DNA of 64,000 bases, from NCBI RefSeq assembly GCF_000143415.4, contig NW_003314362.1:310001-374000 (forward strand). Direction: 5' to 3'. Made by a program: the position numbers and the translations under genes. Below the pieces are notes generated by a model, which did not search any database, was not told where the DNA came from, and saw nothing but the letters and a program-made list of their open reading frames with translations. Below are positions 50,601-63,563 of this stretch, piece after piece (position 1 is the first letter of the stretch; every line of letters begins with the position of its first letter). Source of the DNA: Selaginella moellendorffii (Eukaryota > Plantae > Lycopodiophyta).

Positions 50601-53600
50601 CACAGCAGCATGATATGGTGCTAGTAAACTGACATGAAACACATCATGTAGCTGAGATAACTCATCCGGAAGATCCAACTTATAGGATACATCACCAATG
50701 GGTTTTAACACCCGATAGGGTCCAATATATCTCGGCAAGAGCTTCCGAGACAGAGAACCCTTAATGTTCAAATTCTGGGAAGATAGCCACACCTGATTTC
50801 CCACTTGATAGGATACATCCCGACGATGCTGATCCTTATCACATCGATACCTATCTTGAGCTTTGCCCATCGCCTCAGTTGCCCTAGACCAACCTTGATG
50901 TAGCTGCTCCGCATAAGTCTCAACGGCCGGGACCAATACCTCGGACATTGGTTTCGGTATAACAATCTGTTGGGGAACCCCACGAGCATTCCCTTGCAGC
51001 ATCTCCCATGGAGAACAGCCTATAGCGCTGTGAAATGTGTTGTTATAACATATTTCTGTTGTATCCAAATGCTCAACCTAGTCGCGTTGGTCTGCCGCAA
51101 CATAGTACCGCAGATAATCCTCAACTTGAGCATTCACACGTTCGGTCTGCCTATCAGTCTGAGGATGATAAGCCGTACTAAACTTTAACTTGGTACTGAA
51201 CAATTGGAACAGTGTGCCCCAAAACTTCCCCGTAAACCTTGAATCTCTATCTGAGATCATCTCTTTAGGAAGACCACGAACCCGCACTACTTCATGGAAA
51301 AAGAGTTTTGCTGCTTGTTTCGCATTCACTGTTCCCACAGTTGGAATGAAGTGTGCAATCTTTGACAACCGATCCACAACCACCATCAAAGTATCGTAAC
51401 CCTTAGACTTCGGCAAGCAAGTGACGAAATCAAGTGTCACACTCTGAAATGGTCATGCCGGTATTGGAATGCACTGCAACTTTCCAGCCTGCTTCTCAGC
51501 TTTGCACTTACATTGCTGGCATATAGGGCAGGAACGGACATAGTCCACTACATCACCTTCCATACCAGACCAGAAAAATCCCTTTTTTAACGAAGCCAGA
51601 GTCTTTTGCTGTCCACCATGTCCTGCTGCTGGAACATCATGATGTTCCCGCAGAAATAACTGTTGAAGATCCTTAGAGGGAAGGTACAATCTTTCTTGCT
51701 TATAGAATATAAGCCCATCCCGAACTGAGAAGTGAAGCTTCGCATTAGTGCGACTAGCAACTTTTGCTGCTTTGCTACCAGGGCTCCGCTTCAACAACCC
51801 CGCACGGCATAAGATTGCCTTCGCCAATGGATCACTTCCATACGAAGCCTGAACATCTTCCAACCAGTCCGAACTGATTGCCGATATTGCCCGGAATTGA
51901 GCTTGACGACTCAATGCATCCGGAACAACATTGTCTTTACCAGGTTTATATATGATTTCAATATCATATCTAGCAAGCTTCTCTTGCCAACGAGCCTACT
52001 TCGGCGTAAGCTTAGGCTGCGTAGCAAAGTAGCTTAGTGTGTTACTATCTGTATAAACCTTGGTGTGTCCACCCAAGTAGTGTCTCCAGTGTTCCAGGGC
52101 CGACACTATAGCAAACATCTCTTTCTCATGCGTTGGCCATCTTCGTTGGGTTTCATCCAATTGAGGGACACACGCTTTGGGCTTTCACCCCAAGCCTCCT
52201 TTAGTACCAGGAGTTAGTCTCTGGGACAAGTCCAAAACTTACCAAATATAGAATGGCGCTAGATTGCGAATTTGGACACGGGACGAACACCATTGTGTTC
52301 AGGCCGACCTCTACACTCCGTAGATATGCCAAATGAGCAAATTTAGACACTTTCCATAAATAGCATTTGGGACCGAAATGAGACTAACACAAAGGTCGTG
52401 ATAGCGAGGGTGTTTGGTAGACACAGTAAGCTATCATCTAGCGATATTGAGGGACTAGTCTCAATACGCAAGGGTTCTTGCCAAGTTAGTGCAAGACAGA
52501 GCAAAAGAGAACTAAGAGCCAGGCTGAGAATGCTCAGCTAAAAACACATAGGAGTATGTCTATCTAGCTAAGTACAGATGCTAAGCTCAGTAAACTAACA
52601 CTTGGACAAGAGGGGCTAATAAAGGGAACCAACAGTACCGACCTCCTGCCGTCATGGCAGTAAGGAGAGAGTGTCCGTAAGGACTAGTCGACAAGTATCT
52701 TTCGATACCCAAAGTCACATTCGCGACAATCATATAAACTACTTACTAAGGTCTAAGCCAACTGAAGTCAACTCCAACCATTTCACTAGTTTGTATTGGC
52801 TTACGAAAACGGAATGATTTTCGGGCAAAGTAATCAACAGATCAGCCATTGGAAAAGTCTAAGAAAATTTGTGGAAAATTTTCCATCCTAGAGAAAGAAT
52901 GACTCTCAATCTAGAAATGCAAACTTTCAAGACTCAACCAACTTCCTCCTACCTACAATTTCACATAGGTTCACTTCAATATCAATTCTCATGACTCATA
53001 GTATGCTTAAGCCTCGAACATCTTTTTGCCCATACTTCCGACATCTAACATTGACATTCGCAAAATCCAAAGTGAACATCCAAGGCTTGATCACAAAGAC
53101 CACATCTTCAGATATCCATATTACACTAACACTTTTCTTCAACCACCTTCAAGATCCAACATGAAGCCAAAACATTAACAAGAAAAATGACATGGAAAAT
53201 CAAGCTCTAAGGAAAATTCCTTATCATTTGAAGAACAATGCCACTTCCACTAACACAAGTGCTAGCGATGTCAATGCCTCAACTACACACTTTCTCCATC
53301 CAACAATCTACTCCAAGTGCTAACGGAGAAACCAACAAGTTATAGCAAGTGAATGTTATAACCCTTTTCCAACACCTAATGGGCACACCCTCAAGGAACA
53401 AGGAACCAACTTAAGCTTAGCATAATGGACCACCATCGAGATTCCAGTCAAAGCTACTACAATGCTTCGTGTAAGTAGACTAGCTTCACCATCAACCACT
53501 TTGGGGTTGATCATCATTTGACCAAGCAACTTCGTAAACACATTGCTCATTATCACATGGATATGATATGAAAATCACAATGTCTTGATCATCAATTGAG

Positions 53601-55784
53601 TAACACCATGAGCAATGCCAATGTCATTACTTCAAAGGTTTATATGAGTATCAAGTGCCAACTCAATTCGACAAAATGCAACATAAATGCCACACTCCAC
53701 CGATAGAGATTTACAACACTGAACACCACTAACTTTTGTTCACAACACAGACAAGCTCATGCCACTTTCTTTCCGACCAAACTCAAAACTAATCCAACAC
53801 CAAGCTACTCAAGGAGCAATAGCAAGGTTCCCCAGAAAAGAATTGAGCATTGCAACCCCCAAGTCTCCCAATAGCAAGCCTAAACAAAATGGTTTAGCGC
53901 TTCACTGCTATCCATCCCATAACTCACCATTTGTAAGACCATCATTTCCAACATGCATCAAGATAGGGACTCTTGATTGCATGATGTGAACACGAGCAAT
54001 GAGTCACACCTCGTTGCAAATCATTTCTCCAAGAGAAGATGATTTACGTGTTTGATCCTTCGTCCCTGACGACTCTCTTTTCGGTTTCATCTTTGACTAA
54101 ACCTCAAGCTTGCTTTCACACTGCCTTCAGTCCAATCCAAGAAAAGTTTATGAGAGAGCACAGCAATGACTACTTGAACCAATAGACTAATCCCTATAGT
54201 CTTAATTGATCCACTCATAATCATGCCTAGGAAGGATCCACTAGTGCCGTGCTAAACAGCTACGGACCAGCCTATTTGCCACTCACAGCAAACCCAGGGA
54301 AAGGTTTACTTAACCCACGGTACATGGAACAACTCATGGAACCACCGATAGGCTAACATTAATCCTGTCAACTCAAAGTGTATCCTTGAGTTGCTAATGT
54401 GCCCCACTCACGAGCCCAAGCTCAAACTCGTGCAAACGGAACAACTCAATCCCTCTTGTGAGCCCAAACTCAAGCTCACAAAATATGGTACAACAAGGTA
54501 ACCAAATCCATACCCAAGGAACTATTGCGAAGCCTTTGCACCCAAACGTGTACCCACTCGGATCATCGTTTTCATCTCTGCATATGCAACGAGACTAGTT
54601 GCCCAATCTCATTGTATAGTACTCGCTGAGACGTATCCTCTGATACCAAATGTAGCGCATTGGTTTTGACCCTTTATCCTATGGTGATTTACCATAGGAT
54701 AACACCACGGAGCAGAACCTAAACCCTCTTTGTGCCACGTGACAGGTGCCACGTGTCACATGCCACGTGTCCATGCCACGTGACCTGAGGTTTAGGGCCT
54801 TGGGGCCACTGAACGAAGGAACGGTGCCAAACTCCCAAGCACGAAGCCAAGGAGTGACGGAACCAAACCACGGAGCAACTCCCGAGCATGTAGCCCAAAG
54901 AGCGAAGGGACAGAAGCCCGGAGCGACTTGGAACAGTCCTAGAGTAACCAGCATCCCAATGCTAGGACTAGCATGCAAAACGGAGCCAAACGAAGTCTAG
55001 CGCTATTTCGGCATACCGGTGGCCTAACGTGAGGACATAGGTACTCCACCAGCTAGCATGGAATGGAACTTGGGTTTAGACCCAAGCCGGACGCAGAACA
55101 AGGACAGGCACGCAAGCGGGAGCTAGACTTTGCCTCAGGTTAGTCGGCCCCCCCTATCCCTTTTATACATTTGGAACCCCCCACAGGCCCCCCCCCCCCC
55201 CCTTGAGGAACACACGCTTTGGGCTTTCACCCTAAGCCTCCCTTAGTATCAGGAGTTAGTCTCTGGAACAAGTTTGAAATTTACTAAATATGGAATGGCG
55301 CTAGATTGTGAATTTGGACACGGGACGAACACCATTGTGTTCAGGCCAATCTCTACATTTCGTAGATATGCCAAATGAGCAAATCTGGACACTTTCCATA
55401 AATAGTAGTTGAGACCGAAATGAGACTAACACAAAGGGCATGATAGTAAGGGTGTTTGGCAGACACGGTAAGCTATCATCTAGCGATATTGAGGGACCAA
55501 GCTCAATATCGCGAGGGTTCCCAACACTAGCAAGTGCAAGTCAACATCATGAATTTCTCATCACCGTGTCAAGTTTGCTTGACTAAATGACAACTTAGGA
55601 TTTCCTTCCTTAGTGCCCTTCCGGTCTAAATGCACATGTGATGACCAGTTTCTCAACTAGCTTAGGCGGAGACTGATAACGGGTCCAGCAATACCGACCT
55701 CCTGCCATCGTAGCAGTAAGGTAAGAGTGTCCGTAAGGACTGGTCGACAGGTAACTTTCGATACCTAAAGTCATATTCGCGACA
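44696..55784 (-). mobile_element. Non-autonomous (LARD-like) LTR retroelement; LTRs 44696-45839 and 54651-55784
   Basis: ~1.14-kb TG..CA LTR pair, exact TSD GGAAC, tRNA-Met PBS (TGATACCA on + at 54641-54648). The internal region lacks recognisable gag/pol ORFs. Confidence 0.88.
48867..52728 (-). mobile_element. Internally deleted chromoviral Ty3/gypsy retrotransposon nested in the LARD-like element
   Basis: Exact TSD ATCAT. 3' LTR 48867-49767 with PPT 49768-49780; partial 5' LTR ~52163-52728. RNase H remnant, integrase HHCC (HHDVPAAGH..CPICQ), core (ISDRDSRF, HPQTD.QTE), GPY and chromodomain (EYLVKWKGY...TWEP). Confidence 0.93.
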
Positions 55785-56114
55785 GGAACCCCCCCCCCCG
55801 TTGAGGAATGCACACTTTGGGCTTTCACCCCTAGTCTCTTTTAATACCAAGAGTTAGTCTCTAGAATAAGTTTGAAATATACTAAATATGGAATTGTGCT
55901 AAATTACAAATTTGGATATAGAACTAACACTATTGTGTTTAGGACAATCTTTACATTTTATAAATATGCCAAATTAACAAATCTAGACACTTTCCATAAA
56001 TAACAAATGGGACCGAAATGAAACTAACATAAGAGGCATAATAACAAGGGTGTTTAGTAAACATAGTAAATTATCATTTAGCAAATATTGAGGGACCAAA
56101 CTCAATATAGGGTG

Positions 56115-57420
56115 TTATTTTTTTATTAAACAAGTATATAACTCGATGATGTGAGTTTAATATTTAGGTCTTGTGAAGGCAACTTAAAGTTGCTCTACGA
56201 CTAATAATTTTGTGTAAACTTCATTAAGGACTATTGACACTTCCTTTACTCGATGATGAGTTAGTAATGATGGGCTTATCTTACCAAATAGTGTTGCAAA
56301 GGATTGTGTTATGGGTTTTTATGGTTTTTCCATGTTGGCGTATCAACTCTATCTCTGTCAATATCATTTGGTTGCATTTATTTTGTGATGTTGGATTACA
56401 TTAAGTTTTAAATGTGGTGAATCCTTCCTTGATATCTGTTATTTGTAGGTAAGTATTGTTGAAAAATTAGTCTCAAATACTGAGTAAGGTATCTTTGACT
56501 TTGGTTAGCTTGGTTGCTAAAGGATTTAAAGTAGTGATTCATTCTTGCTTTCTTTTAGTTTTATTTTGATATTGATGGCATTGAAGTGATACTTTATCAT
56601 TGACATTGTTGATGTTGAGATTCACAAGATTGATATTAAGTTTCGCTAGTTTTAATGTAAATAGTATTAATGATTTAGATATAGCTTTGTGTTATTGGCA
56701 TTCATATATTTGCTAGCTAGTAACTATATTATCATTCAAACAAACTGAGTAGCAAGTTGAGTTAATTATATTCTAGATAACATTGTTTAGTAGGGGTTGA
56801 GATTTGGCTTTTCCTTGAAAAGTGATTTAATTATGGACTATACTAGTTTTACGAGAGGAAAAGTTAGTGATCGATATTAAAGTTGGTTTTTTGTTAGATT
56901 TGAGTTGAGAATAAATCGATCATCGATAATTCTTTTTATGTTTGTTATAAAGTGAGTTACATTTTATAGAATATAAATTCATGGAGGATTGGTTTGGTAA
57001 TGACTTATTTAGCATAACTTTATTATGCTTATATTTTAGATTGATGCAAACATGCTTTTCATTAGCTTTAGCATCATAAATTTAGCTTTTTGACGTGTTG
57101 AGGAAGATATTGTGGGTTGTACTGTGATTTCTTCTTTAACATTGACATTAGTTCATGCAAGATTTGTGACCATGATTAAGTGAGACTTGGCTATAGATTT
57201 CTTCGAACTTTTAATTCTTTAAGTTTTATGTTCATTATTCCATTTGTTAAAAGTTTTTGGGGAAGGCATTTTGGCTTATTATCTTCAATATTAAAGCTAG
57301 TATTTTGCATCTAGCAATCATTAGTGATGATTGACTATCATTCAAGCTAATTAATTATCCTTGACAAAGTTTTGCTTAATTGTTGTTAATATAGAATGAT
57401 TTGTCCTTTTTCGGGATAGT
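56115..57420 (+). repeat. Inverted, strongly AT-decayed copy of the LARD internal region (~47020-48240)
   Basis: For example, TTGAGGAAGATATTGTGGGTTGTAC at ~57098 is the reverse complement of ~47318-47342. Colinear over >1 kb. Confidence 0.8.
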
Positions 57421-58272
57421 GGATTGACCGGAACTTGTGACCATGATGTTGTTACTTGTTTGTGATCTGCCAGAGGTTTACATCCAAATAAAGAAATGAT
57501 CGTATTATTGTTCTTTCAAGTTTTTCAAACAGCTGATACATTTTCTTTCCTTGACTTCCTCATCTATACTGATATTGATATTGTTGTTGTTATTACTTTT
57601 GTTTATTTGATTATACATCTTTGGAGAGTTCCTCAAAGACCTGAACATGGTCGGCATCAATCTCCCGAAAATCCTCAAAGACAGCCTAATCTCCAATGGT
57701 AGGATACAGATCAAATCCTGAATTCTGTTGACAGCATTAGCATCCAAAGACAACAGACCCCTTCTGCCTGAGGTAGACACAACACATTCTGAAAAGTGGC
57801 AAACACAAAAAGTAGAAACACCAAAGCAGCCTGGCTTAAATGCATTAGTGTTTAAATGCAGTAATTCATACATTAATATATCAAGAGAGTGATTACGATT
57901 GATGATCTTGCTGTGGTTTATGTATGGCCCCGCTACAGATTTGCAAGACCCTAGCCAAAGAAAAAGCAAAGGAATTACATGGCTGCTAAAACCACTTCAT
58001 CTATAGATGCTGTTGAGCTTGGTGTGCTGGAACACCTCAAATTCCTTCCAAGAGTCAATTAAGTCACACAACGTTCGTATCTTCCCCTGAATTTCATCGT
58101 CCATCCTGTGATACCAATCACCCTAAACCAACACCAGAAACATCAAGATGTTGCCACCTTTGAAATGTATCCTCCTGCCCAGAGTTGGTCCCAAGAGCAT
58201 CGACGACATGGAAAACACTCGTTTAGCTTTTGCAAGATTGTCTTGATTGCAAAGTGTATTGGCAAGGAGACA

Positions 58273-61200
58273 AGGTTTCTTTGAGGGATTGAGTCAAAAA
58301 CATATTTCACCGCACTGGGCGTTTGCTCGGAGCATTCCAGTCCACCCCATAACATCGTGCTGTGGCAGTCTCTCATATATGCCTCTCGCAAGATTAGTGC
58401 AGCCATGCTCCGCAAAAGAGTTGACAGGTGTTGCCCATGACACGGAATCTCTCTGTGTCATCCTCGCAAAGAACTTTTGTGCTTGCATCCGCAGCGATCA
58501 TAGAGTTCCATAGGACTGGATTGCTCAGTTTTTTTGTGTGTGAGAATCATGATCTCGTTCCATCCTGACAACAGCTTCTTTGCTTCGAGAATCACATTCC
58601 ACGACACAGAGTCTCTCAGGCATGTTTTCAAATTGGTTTCTAGCCTCGCTAATCATTCCAGCTTTCGCAAATAGCATTCATGCAAACTACGTGCCACTCT
58701 GGAATTCGATAAAAAACAAGCCTCGCTACGTGAATTTGCCGGCTTTGGGCATTTGCTGAAAGAAGCGCATTCATTCTTCCCGGGCATGGACTCCAAGACG
58801 CGCTTGGCCTCGTGAAGCTGCTGGTTGTGAATGTAGGCCTGGAGTGTCGATTTCCCGCTGGGATTCCTGCGGTCCAGTGTCGATCGACAGAGGGATTCCA
58901 TCCGTGGTCTCGAATGCGTCCAGAGCACGAGGGATTCTTCGCCAGGTGACGCCCAAGATCCAAGCGTTCCAGGAAACTACATTCTCGCCTCAACCAGGCA
59001 GCCAGACATGCCCATCAAGCTGCAAGGAACGTAGAGATCACTGTGCTGCTTGGCTCTCTGCGAGGCTTGCGCTCCTTGATTCCCTCCACTCGGGCACAAT
59101 GGAGCTTGTTCCTGGAAGCCATTCTAGTCTTGCTCGCTTGCCTGAGCCCAGCAGCGCCTTCCATGGTTAGCACGCTTATGGAACAATATCCTTGTGGAGC
59201 GGATCAACGCTGCCTTTGTGCCCGTGCTCGCAGTGCACAAAGGGCTCGAGTTTTAGTTCCATCTCGATAAACAATAAGTTTGTTTTCCAGGTGATTAGAT
59301 TTAAACAATAGGCAGCGCAAAACTTTTGAGAAGAGAAAGCTGTTCTCTCTCCCAAGTCTTAGAATTTTCTCTCCCGGATCGACGACGCTGTCGAGAGAAT
59401 CTGGAGCACAGCAGCGATTCTCGCAGTTTGAAACGAAAAAGTCGTGAAACTCGTCACGATATCTCAATAGCTTCTTGTTCTTGCTCAAGTTCCTCGAAAA
59501 ACTCTTCGAGCGCTCTCTCGTCTCCTGCCCGAGTAGCAAGGCCGATGGCACGGGTCCATAGCCACCAGGCAGCGTACGTGTTGGCCAGAAGCATGCACGA
59601 CTGCGTCTTCTTGTCTGGAGCGAAATGGTTGATGTAGTTTGTCACCCGCAGTGCTCGAGCGATGTCGCTGTGCGTTTTGCAGGCACTCGGCTCGAACGGC
59701 ATGTTGCAAATCATATCCTCGGCGATTTCCAAACGCCCCGCTCTTCCCAGAACGTCGAGGAAGCAACCATAGCACTCGTTTGCAAAGCTAACTCCATAGT
59801 CCCCTATTATACAAAGAAAGCCAAACCAGTCAGTCAGCCCCACACCATCGCCACCGCGTCCTGCTCGCTCAGATCCATTGACAAGCTTAGCTCCCTAGCA
59901 CTGAGCTTGAGCTTGCAAACTTCCTGCTCCAGCTTGTGTATCTCGTCCCTGTGAGCCCGCAAGTCCGCCTCGGACTTCCTCTGTATCCTTTCCACTCTTT
60001 GCTTGGCCGCCGCTTCGGCTTTCTCCCTGGCTAGTTTCTCGGCCTCCAAACGCAAGAGTGCCTCGTCTTTGGCCTTCTTGTCTTGCCTGCTCCTACCCTG
60101 TGTAGTGTTCATGGAAGTTAACACATGAATGCGAGGGAAGTATATGCGTACCTCGGCTTGGTGCTGGGACTCTTGTATTTCTGATGTATATGGTCAATCC
60201 ACCTGTCGCGCAAACAGGTTTGCCGCTCTTTTCTCTCTTTACACTGCCTTTGTGTCCTTTCACTGCTCTTTTGATCCCTTTGACAGAGTGCCAACTCCGA
60301 CATCCAGGTGACGGCGTCCTTGAATTGGACCCCCTGGAAGAGCGGCAGACGCCTTGGGAGCCTTCCACAAGATGGAAGATTGAGATGTTTTCTCGTGGAA
60401 CATTGCGACGGCGGCATTTGCCCGATGCGAGAAGCGGTGGCACTCATGCTTCTTCATTCAACGCCTCAGATCCACGCGGTATTCGTCGCCGCTGGCCTAA
60501 GATAATGAGCTCGCATTTGCCCCACTGGTCTCCCACGAGGTTCTGCCAGCCAGCTCCTGCAAGCTTTCGCCCAGGATCTTGGGAAGCTGAAAGCTGAGGC
60601 ACACAAGCAAGTACCGCAGAATCTCCATCGCCACAGTGCTGCTCAACGTCTACGGCAAGCTCACGCCACGATCAGCAGCCGCACTTTCCATACATTTCCA
60701 TGACGAGATTAGCGAGGCCGCTGGAGACGATTTCCTCCCAGAGATCTGTGCTCACCGACCGCATCCTTGACAAGGCGTCCGCTCCTCATTCCTGCAAATC
60801 GGAAGGATAACTTACACACAAGCAATCGAGATTTATTCTTTCCTTTGCGTGATCTTATGCGTGAAAGACTTTCCCTTCGAAACTCCTGTGCAATGGAGCA
60901 AGCACCAAAGGTGTGTTAGAGGGAAACCAAAATCAACGTTTTCTGGTGATCTTCTCATTCCAGGTATCTCGCAGAGCAGCTCTTCCAAGGGCCCGTCTTT
61001 GTATGCGACTATCAAAACGCGTTTCATAGCGATGATGGCCAGATGGCGGCATGCTAGTGCGCGAGGCGGGAAAAGGCTCCCTCCCACAAGCTCGCCGACC
61101 TGGAAGAAAAACACGACTTTCAAGAGCTCTGGCTTTGATTCTCCTGGGGAGCCAGATGCAAAGGTATGGGGATTTGAGAGTTTCGTAAGACCTCTGGGCC

Positions 61201-61348
61201 ACTGAAATGGTGTGCTTGATTCTTGCAGGCTTGTGTGTAGAAGAACTACATACGAGTGGTACTGGATTGGTGACGATGGGATCGTGAAGCACTCTGGATT
61301 CGGGCTGGGATTTGAGAGGATGAGTAGAGAACATTGGGGATGTGATAT
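58273..61348 (+). repeat. Copy 2 of the ~3.08-kb duplication
   Basis: Same ORF set as 33995-37077. PPR-like sequence extends further left (to ~58143). The right end is cut by an LTR at 61348. Confidence 0.93.
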
Positions 61349-61988
61349 GAAACGAACAAGAGAGCGAACCCTAGGCCAACCTCCCAACCCTTAAGGCGTT
61401 ATGGCCTTAAATCCCACAAGCCATGGAATATTCTTGGAATATTTTTGTGGTTCGTGTCATTCTCCCCTCCCTCATGACCCAGCCACATACGGTAGCCTCG
61501 AGAAGCTAAATGAGCCTCAAGTGAAAGGAGTCCAAGGCAATATGGCCATGGAAAAAAGATGTGCAAACAGCAACACCAATGTCGCAACAAACGGTCATGA
61601 AAGAAAGAAAGCAATATGGCTTTCTCACATGACAATACGATCATGGAAAACAAAAGAATGAGAATAGAACAAACGGCTCAAATCATATAGCAATACGGCT
61701 ATAGAACTCAATTCTCCCTTTCCTCAGAAATGTCATCCAAGTCATAACCAAAACTCAGAAACACTCTCTTCATGTCATCCTCAGTTTCCCATGTAGCTTC
61801 GTCCATGGAATAACCATTCCACTGAACTAACAACTCCCTAGTTGTTTTCCAGCGTGTTTTCACCAATCTTTTAGCAAGAATATTGGCCGGACTAGCCTTC
61901 TCTGCATCAATCTCTAGAACCTGGATGATGGACTAATTCATGATATCACCAGAGTGCAAACATGATTTAAGCTTGCTCACATGGAACG
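61348..61988 (-). mobile_element. 3' remnant of a chromoviral Ty3 element (short LTR, PPT, chromodomain)
   Basis: LTR 61348-61459, PPT GAGGGAGGGGAG (-). Minus strand reads HVSKLK...ELLVQWNGYSMDEATWE. Confidence 0.8.
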
Positions 61989-62890
61989 TGTAAGCTCCTG
62001 AGTTTGGACTTCCCGGGAGGTCACCCAACCCAGTACTATTCAAACCCAAGGACGCTTAACTTCAACTATCCCAAGACCCTTAACCGATTGGAAAAGGGGG
62101 TGCACTCTTGTTCATGGGCCCTTTCCCTCTATATTTGAACCCCATGGATCGTCTCTCAAGTCGTTCTCTTTCGTTGCTTACAATCCACCACGCTTCCCTG
62201 CAAGTTCACGCCCTCGTGAACGGAAGCTGAGAGCCGCAGCTCTCCCGAGAGCCCCGCTCTCTTGACACCCTACCCCTCGGGTCGAGCCCAGCGGGAGCAA
62301 ACTGGACCAGCCAGATGTCAATCAACATGTGGTGTGATTCCCCTAGCCAACCAGCAAACTGGACCAGCCAGATGTCAATCAACATGTGGTGTGATTCCCC
62401 TAGCCAACCAACAGAGTCGGACCCGAGACCCTCTGATACCAAATGTAAACGCTCCTGGATTTGGACTTCCCGGGAGGTCACCCAGCCCAGTACTATTCAA
62501 ACCCAAGGACGCTTAACCCCAAATATCCCAAGACCCTTAACCGATTGGAAAAGGGGGTGCACTCTTGTTCATGGGCCCTTTCCCTCTATATTTGAACCCC
62601 ATGGATCGTCTCTCGAGTCGTTCCCTTTGGTTGCTTACAATCCACCACGCTTCCCTGCAAGTTCACGCCCTCGTGAACGGAAGCTGAGAGCCGCAGCTCT
62701 CCCGAGAGCCTCGCTCTCTTGACACCCTACCCCTCGGGTCGAGCCCAGCGGGAGCAAACTGGACCAGCCAGATGTCAATCAACATGTGGTGTGATTCCCT
62801 CAGCCAACCAACAGAGTCGGACCCGAGACACGCTCCGATACCAAATGTAAGCTCCTGAGTTTGGACTTCCCGGGAGGTCACCCAACCCAG
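61989..62890 (-). mobile_element. Tandem Cassandra TRIM array (LTR-internal-LTR-internal-partial LTR) with 5S rRNA-derived domain
   Basis: LTRs 61989-62182, 62444-62639, 62846-62890 (truncated). The minus strand GTTAAGCGTCCTTGGG...TAGTACTGGGTTGGGTGACCTCCCGGGAAGTCC matches the 5S rRNA A/C-box region. PBS TGGTATC and PPT GGGAAGCGTGGTGG. Confidence 0.9.
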
Positions 62891-62927
62891 AATGGAAAAT
62901 TTAGTCACTTACAATTGTGACTACAGT

Positions 62928-63525
62928 TGTGAGACACAAAATCCCTAGGCCCCAAAGTGCAGCCGGAAGGGCGCCACATGGTAGTGGCCGAAGCGAGAGC
63001 CAAACGAGCGTAACACGTTTGGACCAAAAGCTCCGACTTGAAAAGTCAAAAGCGGGAGTGGAACTCCCAACGAAGTGCTCGAGGAACGAGCACGAAGCGA
63101 GCAAAAGGTGAGGCTCCAAAAAGGGACCCAAAAGGACCAACACATGACACGTGGGAGTGTCCGAGATGGACTCGAGTTGGAGTCCGAAGTGGAGTCCGAG
63201 ATGGACCCGAGTTGGAGTCCGAAGTGGAGTCCGAGATGGACCCGAGTTGGAGTCCGAAGTGGAGTCCGAGATGGACCCGAGTTGGAGTCCGAAGTGGAGT
63301 CCGAGATGGACCCGAGATGGAGTCTGAGATGGAGTCCGAAGTGGAGTCCGAGGTGGACCCGAGATGGACCCGAGTTGGAGTCCGAAGTGGAGTCCGAGAT
63401 GGACCCGAGATGGAGTCCGAGATGGAGTCCGAGATGGAGTCCGAGGTGGACCCGAGATGGACCCGAAATGGAGTCCGAGATGGACCCGAGATGGAGTCCG
63501 AGATGGAGTCCGAAGTCGAGACCGG

Positions 63526-63563
<38 letters not shown>

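Larger units (their letters stand above)
44186..56108 (-). mobile_element. Older LTR of the same family, split by the 44696-55784 insertion (44186-44695 plus 55790-56108)
   Basis: Begins TGTAGCACATGTGG like the younger LTR and resumes colinearly after the TSD. More AT-decayed. Confidence 0.75.

Noticed and set aside
61995-62065. 5S rRNA gene
   Set aside because: Only the internal A/C-box part is present, embedded in TG..CA LTRs with PBS/PPT, i.e. Cassandra.
63160-63520. Regularly spaced repeats superficially like a CRISPR array
   Set aside because: The units are contiguous minisatellite variants with no unique spacers, no cas genes, and a eukaryotic LTR context.
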